In this document: piece after piece, positions 1 to 11,800 of the stretch
Numbering within the stretch: position 1 is the stretch's first letter
How the letters are laid out: the number at the start of each line of letters is the position of its first letter
DNA from: Azolla caroliniana
Lineage: Eukaryota; Plantae; Polypodiophyta
Assembly: GCA_043228905.1 (NCBI GenBank)
Contig: JBHGNT010000021.1
Coordinates: forward strand, 496,001-560,000
Direction of reading: 5' to 3'
Length of the DNA: 64,000 nucleotides
Notes under the pieces: model-generated
Told to the model about the DNA's origin: nothing
Databases searched by the model: none
What the model saw: only the letters and a program-made list of their open reading frames with translations
Program-made: the position numbers and the translations under genes

Positions 1-345
1 AGGTTTGAGGAAATTCATCTCTAATGTTTAGGAACTTGACAGAACTGGCATCCCTGATTCTAGGACGTCGGAGAAAATCCATATCTGTTTTTAGCGTTTA
101 AGGAAGAATCATTTCTTGTTTTAGCATTGCTCGGAAAACTCGTCTTTGATTTTAGGGTTTTGGTAGGAACATCTCCGATTCTAGGGTTGTAGAAAGAACT
201 CATCGCTGAATTTTAGCATTTGAGATAAAGCCCTTCCTTTATGGTTTGAGACTAAACTGTCTCTGATTTCAGCTTTGAAGAAAAACTCGTCTTCGATTTT
301 AGGGTTTGATAAAAAACTCCATCTGTGATCTTTTTCAAGTTTAGG
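1..345. repeat. Degenerate minisatellite, about 30-bp period, about 10 units, upstream of the DUF1223 start codon
   Basis: Units of the form GGTTTGAGAAAAACTCATCTCTGATTTTAG; unit ends at about 31, 63, 94, 124, 155, 184, 216, 243, 272 and 302. Confidence 0.65.
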
Positions 346-386
346 GAGGAAATCTCCCCGCACTGTGGATCGAGAGTATCACAGCC

Positions 387-3300
387 ATGTCTGGCCTCTG
401 CTTCTGCTTCTCTCGTGGTTCCTCTACAGAGAAGCTAAGCTCTGTTATACCTTCATCTTCTACTGTGGCAACAAAATTGCCTTTCCAGTCATCAGAACAT
501 TCTGGTTCATCAAAGTCATTGAGCCCACTACTAGTAGAGCTCTTCACATCACAAGGATGCAGCTCATGCCCCCCTGCAGATCTAATTATTTCAAAGCTTG
601 GTCAACAAAGAGGAGAAAAAGATGAAAGAGGAGAATCGGAGAAAGAAAGAGAAATAGATAGAAAACGAGAAGGGGAAGATGGAGATGTAAAAAATAGAGA
701 CAAAGAAGATTCTAGAAGCAATGAACCTGACCAGATCTCGAAGCTTCCACCTGTAATTGCATTGGCTTATCATGTGGATTATTGGGATTATCTAGGATGG
801 AAGGACCCCTTTGCATGCAATCGATGGAGTGGTAGGCATCGAAGCTATGGTGAAGCTCTCCAACAAGATAGTATCTATACGCCAGAGGTGGTTGTCCAGG
901 GTCGTTTGCATTGTATTGGCTCGAACGTGGAATTGGTTTCCGATCTCATTGAATCTGCCCCGAGATTCCCTGCTCTGGATGTTCGGGTAAGAATGCTTCT
1001 GCTGGAGCCTTTTGTTTTTGCTGGTTTTTAGTTTTGTATTGGATATGGCGTTAATCAGGATGATAGTGATCATCACCCAAAGGAAATGCAATGCATCTAT
1101 GTGAGTGATAAGCTACAATGATGATGGTATTATGGATGATGTCTATGTTCACGATGGTGATCAGGATAATAATGGTGACCCAAAGGAAATGCAATGTATC
1201 TAGTGATAGAGAGGATGATGATGAGAAGATGTATTGGCATTCACAGGGCGCCAACTTAATCTCTGGGATCAACTATAATTAGAAGTACTCGCCCCAACTT
1301 TTAATACCAAAATCTGCCCATGGGACAATTGATTACAGTAATGGGATATGTACTCAATCATTGAAAATAAAAAATAAAAGAAACATAAATAAAAAAGTTC
1401 TAGTGTGGTACAAAAAATGTTATGACGTGTAACATGTTCTATAAAGAAAAAGGCTTTGTCATAAGACTATTGTTTCATTTCAATCCAAGTCCCTCGAAAA
1501 AGGGGGGGGGGGGGTGTTGACAGGTTTCGATGTAGGTGTGCCCCATGGTTTCAATGTAAATTGTATCTTGACCATGATAGCTTCTAGGCGGGGTGAGTCC
1601 CGTTTCTTATCTTCTCATATCCTTCTACATGACAACGAGTGGCTTTGAAGCCCGGTATCTGAGGGCATTTGGTTGCTCTTTGGTTTTTTGCGTTAGTGAG
1701 GGAGAGGCTGAGTGGTGTAGTGTGTCCACGTTCATCGTTCCCCTTGTACTTGAAAAAATTCAATGGTTATGAGTTCATGGCTATTAGAAAGGTTATAGTA
1801 AACATTTTGTAGCTTAGTCTCTCTATGTTGTATTAGCTCTAAGATATATGTACGTAGTGTCTTTATGTTTGAGGTATCTACTAATTGGGAGAGGGTGGGA
1901 TAGATTCGAACTTTGCATGTAAAATGGTACTCATCCTCTATCTCTCTATGACATAATCTACATTTCCTTTCCTCTCGAGGAACTCCATTAGCACAACCAT
2001 TTTCAATCCCAAGTTGGTGGGATGATACTCCAAGTTGTCCAAATGACAACCCTTAATGCATTTGGTAAGAACATATCTAGATATTTTGGTCGTATAATAA
2101 ATCTTAACTTAAGAGAAATGCATGAAGTGCTCTCAAAGTGTGATACTTGCATAGTCGACTACTCTCAACCCTTGTGTCCTAACTTTCTGTCTGACATTGC
2201 AATACACATGAGCTAGGTTGCATGGAAGCAATGGTTTGGATGGCAGACAATGGGATGTGTTCTAACATGTATTCATGTGTGCGAATTTGTTGTTTGGCGA
2301 AGAATATAGATTTGGAGTTAGGTGCAACATAGATGAAGCTAGTGATGCATCATGAAGCAAGTGTGTGGCATCCTATATTCCGAATCATTTTTCCATATCT
2401 TGCATCCAAATAGAACATAAAAATTAGCATTTATGTGTCTTTTGGATCTTTTGGAGAGAGAGAGAGGATGGCAAAAACCCATGGTTAGGAAAGGCTCTAT
2501 TTTTCGGCACTTGGGGTATCCAATTGGGAATGAATGTTACGAATGGTGAATTGATCGAATTGATGTCTAGTAAGTTAGGGTATAAGTCCATGTATTGTAA
2601 GTCACAATGTTGGCCATTGTACGTACACCTAAAGGTTGTACAATGTATTATGGAACCATGGTATTATATTACTTGCGATTGTTGCCATGGACAAAGGCTT
2701 TGCATTTTGTTTTGCAACCTCTTTTATATTTGTTGTGGAGGCAAAGGGATAATATGGGAATCAAATGGGTTGTGTGGAATCATCTATGAACACCTAAGCC
2801 CTTGGACTTATCTATGCATATGATGGCTCATAGATTTTCATTTTTGCAAGATGTGATCAAACTCACAATCATGGATATCTTTTATTTAATATTTTATTGA
2901 AAACAAGGTTTAATATATGGGAGGACATTGATTAAGGGTTCATGGTGGCAATTACGGAGCAAATGTATTTGACTTAGGATTCCTTGGTCTTCATGGTTCA
3001 TGGCAAGAAGCTCTCTCGCTATTTGTATGGAAATCATCATCTAGTAAAGAGCATTGTAATTTAGTGCAAAAAAAGTTAATTGTGTCTTCTCGGTTATTAT
3101 ATTGGCCTAGAAAGGAGAGATCGTGCTCTTAGTTTAATCACATGTTTTATTTGGGGGTTATAGAGGCGGGAGATATAATTGAGGCTCCATCTCAAAAAAC
3201 TTTGGAGCTTGTTGAAGTACCTCAATTATTACGCATCTTGCCCAATGATTGGTTTACCTTGCAACAACTACAAAATATTGCATTAATGTAAGGTTCATTA

Positions 3301-4431
3301 CTGTTACAACCAAAAGAGAAATCGTGGTTTGATTAGTGTTTACAAGGTCATATGCGGATTTTACAAGTGACTACTAATCTCTTGTATCAGTGTCTACTAA
3401 ACTCTGAGCATAGATAGTGGCAGATCATACAACCTGGTTGGCATTTTACATTTCACTTGTAGCAGAGGTCTTCATTTGGAGAGTTTTGATTGGGGTTTTG
3501 CTTGTGGGATAAACTCTAAAACGATGAGAAATAGCAATGGGTAGTTGCTTCTTTTGCATTGTTCAAATGGAAGATAGTACTCATCGTTCATACAGTGCTT
3601 GATTGCTTGTTAGATTTGGAGTTATGTTTATCACATTCGGTTAGGTTTATCACGGTTTTATTTGATGCTAAAGACAGTGGGTGTTTGCACAATTCACATA
3701 GGTCGACCCAAATTAGAGATGGAAATTGTTTTTCTACTTCTAAGATATTAGGGATTGTGTCATAATTGGGATATCCGCAATGCTTTTGTGTTTGATGGTA
3801 GGCATGGAGTCAAAAGCATGTTTGTGAAAGTTGAAGGGAGCACTGATGTGATATATTTTTTTATATGGGCAAGTGGAAATTCTTTTCTCAGTGGAGTGTT
3901 TGTCTTGCCTATATGCAATTTAACATATTCCACTACCCGTGTAGTTAGTGGGTGACCGTACTCCATTGTGACACTCATTGTAAGTAGTGGTTGTACACAC
4001 ATTTATTAATATAATTGGTGTTTGAGAGAGAGAGACAGAGAGAGAGATTTTATACCTTTTATCTCAATCAGGTTTCTTTCTCGAGGCCAAACCCATCAGA
4101 GCTCCAACTGACGCTAAGTGTATCCTTGAGAGTTAAGGTCGAGGGAAATGTTGATGCAATGGTAGCCATTTTTGAGAATGGACTGGTGACAGATTGTTGC
4201 AAGGGCGAAAATAGAGGACGAGTTCTCACAAATGATCGCATTGTAAGAAGCCTAGAAAAGGTTTGCACCTTGCAAGCACCTGTAACTAAAAAGCCCACGC
4301 GGGGACAAGTTAACATTAAGCTTTGGGAAGGATATACAAAAGCTAAGTGTGGAATGGTTGTTTTCCTTCAAAATCCTTCTTCAATGGAGGTCGTTGGAGC
4401 TCAGCTTTTAGAGTTACCCAACGATGCATGA
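387..4431 (+). CDS. DUF1223 thioredoxin-fold protein, 2 exons (387-986, 4072-4431)
   Basis: Motifs VELFTSQGCSSCPPAD, LAYHVDYWDYLGWKDPF and YTP are typical of DUF1223. Donor CGG|gtaag at 986/987 and acceptor cag|GTT at 4071/4072 join in phase 0. The C-terminal exon contains GENRGRVLTND. Confidence 0.9.
1205..2049 (-). mobile_element. Decayed 3' end of a non-LTR retrotransposon (RTE/RTEX/L2-like) in the DUF1223 intron
   Basis: ORF 1732-2049 reads SSHQLGIENG...REERKCRLCHREIEDEYHFTC, the C-terminal CxxC-x-EDExH-x-C knuckle of LINE ORF2. It is followed by a 3' UTR with a poly-C tract and a (CAT)n-like tail near 1205-1230. Confidence 0.7.
2485..4048 (+). mobile_element. Decayed L1-type LINE ORF2 3' half in the DUF1223 intron
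   Basis: Frameshifted translation gives FRHLGYPIG (post-RT motif, about 2500), VFIWRVLIG (about 3470) and C-FF-C...EDSTHR...C (about 3546-3598, zf-RVT-like). It ends in AATATAA and a (GA)n tract just before the exon 2 acceptor. Confidence 0.7.
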
Positions 4432-7285
4432 TAGATATCGTATCTCAATAAAAACTCTTTGATTGATGAACATAGTTATGTATGAAAGATAGAGGAGAGG
4501 GTACATGCCCTATTGTTGTATAATTTTTTATATTGTATTTTCCCTTGTATCAATTCAAATTCTTTTATGAGTAATCATGTGTACGTACATATATTTTTAT
4601 CTTGGGTTTACTGATAGGGCATATCTTAATGTGGCGAGTAACTTGAGCATTTTGATCATCCTGTGTATTCTTGTAGAATGGTTTGAAATTCTTTATCCAT
4701 TTGAGCTCAGAAAAATCTCCTTATTAATTCATATGAATTTTCAAACATGGAAGTATATATGTCCATGATGTTCCAATCAAAATTTTACTTTGGACATGTA
4801 GTTTGCTGAAGTAGACCCCATGATATGTATTTTGGGTTTGGTGGTCTTCAACCATCACCATCACCATTACCATCGCCATCGCCTATGCTTTGTTTTTAAA
4901 AGAGATGTCATCCCATCAATGTTGGAATTTAAAAGAGACTGATCCTCATCTGCATTTTGGTTTAAAAGAGATCCCTACCAAAATTAGACCCAAATTGATT
5001 TGACCTTTTGTCAACCAATACCCAAATTGATTGCTACTCCTTATTGAAACAACCTTTCCGGGCTCTCTTTATTTCAGAATGACTTGCTTTGCTAGGAAAT
5101 CGTAGAGATTAGATTGTAGTTGTTGTTGACTCCAATGGATATCGCAATCCTCTTTTTCTGAAGATCAATTTACAATAATTAAGATGTGTGATTATTTAAT
5201 TGCTAGTAGGCATGTCATAGTTGATAATTCATCACTCTAATTTTTGAAGCTTAATTTGTTCATTAGAAGCTCCCTTAATTAGTCAAAATCGTAGGTTTAT
5301 ATCTTAGTTAGAGCTCAATCGCAAAAAATGCTAAATCAATTTACCTTTCACCCTAAATATTGATTGTGGTACTCTATGGAGAACATCTTAGAAGAACATA
5401 TTCTCATAATCCAGTTATTCCGTTGGTAAAGCTATGGCTTCCTCCCTATGTGAAAATTAGTTGAAAGGATGGCAAAACTTTCGTAATTAACAATGCCCAA
5501 ATTTGTGACATAACAAACCAAATGACTTCAACAAGTAGGCTTGCAAGGAAATGCCAAATTGTGCTTGGTATCTCCTCAATCATTGTAGAAAAACTGGCCC
5601 CATTTGAATTTGTTGGTGTTTTAAACCAGCCCGAAAGGTAACCTTGATCATCATTGGCTAACCGATGATTTCATGTAGAATTCCAACAATAAAGCCCTAT
5701 TATGTTGTGATGTTTCCTTCTCAAGATCTATAATTTAATTTCAAATTTGGTTTGAAGTTGAGAACAGCTACCTCAGAACCTTATAGTTGCACAAGGTTTG
5801 TGCTATGTGCTTTAGTAGATAATATGTGTAATGCATCAATTGATTTTTGTAATGTAGAAGGTTGATATGGTCAGTTGAACAACTTCCAAGCCAACAAGAA
5901 TAAAGGTGTTGGGGTATTGAATGTAATTGTGAATCAGGTGTATCACATATTGCATATTCTCCTATCTATCATAAGTAAATAAAACAATAAATAACCGTAA
6001 ATTTAAAAGTGTAACATCCTTGCAAGTTGCATGTGTATATCTAGAATTGAAATTAGTATAAATCATCATCTGCTTGCTACCCGATGATTATCCTATCTTC
6101 TCAAACTAATAATACACTATTCAACACATCTTCATGATATAAAAAGTCATAAAGTGTTTTCAATGATATAGTCTATTGGTTATTTGTTCACGTCTCAATG
6201 TTCATATCCATCATTTGCATTCAACAACAAAAGTAGCCGGCGGGATCGTGGGTATCTTGTATAGATATTGGTTTGAACAATTTCTTCACGATTGACCGTT
6301 CCGAGTTTGTTGCACAAGAGCAAAATACATCATTGACATTGAATTTGCCTTTACTATTCACTGACTTTCAAAACATTTCTAACATTTGACACAAGCAGAT
6401 AAATGCATGCATTATTTGGCAATTTGGTAATCTCACCAAAAAACAAAAATTGCATAGTGTCTAGGTTGGAATTTCTAGATTGTTGGTGTATTTCCTTGTA
6501 GAAGATATTTCCCATGCATGGTTCTTCATACCAAAATATTTCATTAAGAACAAACCTTATAAGGATATAAGACCTACGTTCACAATATTTAACTCACTTG
6601 TCCGCCTTTCCAAGAATTTATAACATATAAATCCAAAATGTGTCATTGTTTCATTGTTTCATTGCTTTCAAGAGGACAAATGTGTTATGTTTTGGAAGTT
6701 AGTGTTCAAAGAGGCCATCAGCTCAGAATCCTAACTTTATATTTAGGATCTTACATTGTGATATTCAAGTGTGTATGTATGCAAGTTCTTGTTCATGTTT
6801 AAATGAATGTGTGGAGAGGAGAAAAAGGACAATGGTAAGGCACACTATTCTTGTTCAACTTTATGGATGCTCTTCACATTTATCCATTGGCATCTTCATT
6901 TGGTTTTGTTGGTTATGATCTTGTCCAATACAATGTATGTTAGTGCGAAAAAAAGTCTAATTCTGAATATTGTCCTATAATAATATGGCAATCGGCAAAA
7001 TGTCCACAAAAAAGTTCAATAAATTAAGGTCCAATTACTATGTAACAATTGAGTGAAGAGAAGAGACCAAGTAAGACCAAGTATATTTACGAAGGAAGCA
7101 ATCTAGACAACAAAAAGTTGCTCAATCAATACATTCAATGGACACTTAACCATTATTGGTTTATATGTTATATGCAATAATATCTAACATTGCATAGGCC
7201 GTACAATCTACACTTTCCAAAAGGTGCAGCATGAAAGATAAGACTTTACATGTACAATCATAGCATTCTTTCCAAACTTGCGCAC

Positions 7286-7513
7286 TATACCTTTTAACAT
7301 GCACGTCATTGCATGGATCATGTGCAAAGGATCAAATGAACAGGATGATAAAGAAGGGGTTAAAATGTGGGAGTATCATTCAGAAGAAAAACCTAACTTT
7401 ATACCTTTAACTTGCACATCATTGCATGGACTGCATGTGCAAAGGATAAAATGAGTAGGACAATCGAGAAGAGGGTTATAGTATGGGAGTACCATTCAGA
7501 AGGAAAACCTAAC
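7286..7513. repeat. Two-copy local tandem duplication, about 114 bp
   Basis: TATACCTTT..GCAC.TCATTGCATGGA...GTGCAAAGGAT...CATTCAGAAG.AAAACCTAAC occurs twice. Confidence 0.8.
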
Positions 7514-8142
7514 CATATTGTTCATATCCATTTCCTTTTACCATTAAATGCATTGCCAAATAAGCAAACTAAATTGTTTTAATGTTACTTGAGCAATTTC
7601 TGTAAACGAAGTGTAATAGAGAAGTTATTAGTTTGCTATAATTGCACGTGTCCTTTCCTAAAATGCACTCGGCTTTAGATCACATACACATAATACACCT
7701 TTAAAATACAAATAAGCTCTAATTCTCTGTGCATATATCTCCGTATCTTTATCATGGTTCAGCACCGTTCAAATAAAAATATATATTGTCTAAGGCGATC
7801 AAATCATCCATGGACAAATACATAACCATTCAATATATATATATAACTTCCATGCAATTGTGGATGACAGTGATGAACTAAATTTGATTCTTTTCTGTTA
7901 ATCATAAATCATCTAAATTCATCACATGACTACTCTCTGGGCGTGCATGGAATCCAATGTATCAATGCAGTTTCACACCTTTTTCCTCACTCCCAGGATT
8001 CACATTATCCATAACTTCCCATGTTGGTTTCGAAGCTTTTCTTTCTGCATACATACTCATAGGCTCAAACATCTATATGTTAAACAAGTCATTTGCCTTT
8101 GAAAAACAATTCACTACCAATTAAAAAATGTTTGTTATAACA

Positions 8143-8532
8143 TATTTCTAACATAAATTATCAATGATTTCATGCATGTGCTGTGCTGATTTCTTTGGAA
8201 CAAGTGTTAATTGTGCTCAGTTGTGTAACACATTTTCTAAAAAGACTTATCAACACCGTTAAGAATTTAACTGCAATTACATCAATAGAGTCACAAGTCA
8301 TTCAATAGGTTGTGAACAGAAGACATGACATACTTTATTTCTAACATAAATTATCAATGATTTCATGCATATGTGCTGTGGTGATATCTTTGGAACAAGT
8401 GTTATTGTGCCCAGTTGTGTAACACATTCTAAAGAGAGTTATCAACACTGTTAAGAATTTAACTGCAAATACATCAATAGAGTTGCGAGCCATTCAATAG
8501 GTTGTAAACAGAAGACATGACATCTTTTATTT
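8143..8532. repeat. Two-copy local tandem duplication, about 193 bp, downstream of the kinase stop codon
   Basis: TTTCTAACATAAATTATCAATGATTTCATGCAT...CAGAAGACATGACAT occurs twice. Confidence 0.85.
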
Positions 8533-8838
8533 CCCTTTCACAAAAATGTAGACAATTCAGGTTATAAAAGATCATGGTCTTGAATCTCATAATATTTACC
8601 TCCCCAGGAAATACACAAGGCATTTACAATTGATCTCAAATGATGTACATCCCCAGAGGATTGTATCCACTTAGGGAATGATGTACATAATGCAAAGATT
8701 TCCGAGACCCTTAATAAAGACACTCGGAGACTATCACCATTCTTGATAGCTCTTTCATGTACCCTAAACAATATGCAATTATAAAATAGAACAATAGCGT
8801 AACCAATCCTCAACTAAAAATACCTTCAAGAACACAAG

Positions 8839-11800
8839 TCAGCTGAAGCTTGGCTTCCTCTTCAAAGCTGAAAAGAAGCCACCTTTTTTCTTCTCCTTTT
8901 CTTCTTCCGCGATGGTGACCTACAAATTAACTGCTTCATGATCAGGGAAGTGCTTTTTTTCATTCCAGGTTTTTAGAAGCCATTGCAATGAATGAAAACG
9001 AAATAGGATCATATAATAAGACCTCTTTCAGAAAATCCCGAAGAAGGCTTGTGATTTCCGAAAACTCAGGACGTTCAGCAGGATTCTGTTTCCAACAATG
9101 GAGAAGTAGATCAGCGAGTTTCGGATGGACATTCTTGGGGATGGTTGGGCGTAATCCCTGCACAACTTTATAGAATTAATCATTCAAAAGTGGCATACAA
9201 ATCGCTCTATCTGATGTGAGTGGTGTAAATAGTAAGGATGTGTCTGATTTAGCAAACAAGTTCTTATGCTGTCTGTTAATGGGGTGGCATCTATTGTCAT
9301 CTGTGACAACAGAGGATAGGAGGCAGTGTTCAAACACCCCACCTGTGGTTTAAGGCAAGCTTTGAGTAGGAAAACATTAACTTCATCAATACAACAAAAA
9401 AATGTGCCATTTTCCTACTCGTCGAACCTTTTGTACCACTCCGACAGCCGCTTGCAATGGCGTTAAGTGGTCATAGGGTAACTGCAATACAAAACAAAGG
9501 ATTACACTACTCAGGAGTGCTATGCAGTGGGTGAGTATTACATATATGCATACATAAAGTCAACACCACAACACCTTGCCAGTCAACAACTCCCACATGA
9601 CTATTCCGAAACTGAATACATCAGCTTTATGATCATAAGGTTGGTGCTCAATAACCTGTTGAATATGACACAGTCATTTATCAGGAAAGAAATAATCAGA
9701 AAGCATATTATTAACATATAGCCTATACTAATACTTAGATGTATATATTTTTGGGAAGAGGACACATCAAACAAAGGCGTGGCAGAATGGCAGGGATAGA
9801 AAGATGGCCATCTTCAGTGACTAGAAAATATTGTTTGAAATTTGATGTGGGCTTCTGAAGAGTGAAAAATTCTCTGGGTGTTTTTTATCTACAGGAAAAA
9901 TATTAACTAAATGAGAAATCCTACAGTATCCCAGACTCTAGGTGCATACCTAGCAGCACATGCTTACCTCAGGAGCCATCCATCTATAAGTGCCAGTCTC
10001 TGCTGTCATCACACCACTTTGCGATTGGACACGGGCTACTCCAAAATCTGCAACCTTAATAACCTGGATATATCGTAATCAATTACGTTCTTAGACTTTC
10101 ATTTATTGCAAATATTATCTAACAAAAATTACACAATCTCAAAATATAGATTGATGTGTTACTTGAATTACCTCATGCTCATCAATTAAAAGATTTGCTG
10201 CCTTGAGATCTCTATGGATGATATTACATTGATGCAGAAAATCCATCCCTTTTGAAATATCAATTGCTACCTTAAGCAGATTTGGTAGCTTGAATGAACC
10301 ATGTTTCTTATGCAAATGGTCATAAACACTCCCTCCTGACATGAATTCTATTTTTTGATTCAATGAAACATCATGAGAATCTTTCAAGTAACAAAGTACA
10401 AACACAATTGAGTCAGCAGAAACCAATCCAAATATTATCACCTGTAACAATACATAAATTGGGAGGTCGGGTGCATGCACCAATGAACTGTACAACATTC
10501 TTGTGACGAACTTTCCTGAAAGATTAAAAACAAAACATAAATGGTGTCTACAGTCTGATAAAAGATTTTTCTCATACAATCATGCACGTGAAGCCTAAAC
10601 TTGAGGATCAGATAGTAAAAACTTCAGCTTTAGATTAAGAAAATTGAACCCATGTACTCCAAATATCACATTACTTCAGAACTTAACTAGTGGTTTACCC
10701 AAATGTTGTTGTGCAAGAAGGAAACTCATTGGACTATTTCAAATGAATTATCACTGTGGAAAGATTCTTATCCTAGTGCTTTAAGACAGGCCAAATAATA
10801 ATTTATTAAGATTGTTTTCTAATAGCACCTCATGATAGAGACTTCCTGAGCAAATTCCTTCTGCAGATCTTTGTTTAAACGCTCCGGTTTCAAGACTTTA
10901 ATGGCCACATCTTGTCCACAGTATGTACCCCTAAACCTGCATTGAATTTGCAAAATATCCATTTTCAATGTTCAAATAAAGTCTTAAATGTAAGGAAGAG
11001 TTAGTACTCACAGATCTCCGAATGATCCACTTGCCACTTTATTGCCATATCTAAGTAGGTTAGGATCAATCTCCCAGTCATCAGTGCCGTCAGATGGGAT
11101 GCTCAAAAACTCATCTGCTGCCCTTTTAGCATCTGGCATTGCCTCATCACTAGAATCTTTTGTCCAAATTTTCTTCTGTTGACAATAGAAATAAACAACT
11201 AGAATGCTTGCCATTGATCAAAATTTTATATTACTACCCAAACTGGGATATGTCAGCCTTTTTAAAAGTGCACATCAGCATGTACATCTGCCTAGTCACC
11301 ATCACTACCATGTTATTTGAATTTTGGATCTACCCTTGAATTGTGGAAGGACACATTTATGAAAAAAGGAATGATGCTGAATAATTTATTACCCTCTGGC
11401 AAACTCATGGGGAACCTTATATGTACATGATCATGAATGAACCTTAGCAGCCAAATTATTTTATTATAAACGAAGATATATTAAAACTAAAATCTACACA
11501 ATCCCATTTCAGCTACATGATAAGAATATAAAAGGCTGCTCATCAATGCACATACCTCTGAATCAGCTATTGTATTCCACAATTGGTGTTGTAATTCTTC
11601 TGTGTCCTATATAAAATACATTCATTGCTGACATTTCACACCCAAAGAAAAAATAATAGAAAATGGCAATTACTATATGAGACTTGGTAATGCATTTGGT
11701 AATGAATCCTGTACCTCAGTTGGCCAACCATCTACTAGAAAAACATCTAAAGAATATCCATCATCTGTTGAGAATACATGAGCTTCACGAATGTTGAGTC

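Noticed and set aside
5400-6000. Possible decayed gag (KVTFRAGLK, CHKFGH-like) on the minus strand
   Set aside because: Too fragmented, and no LTRs found
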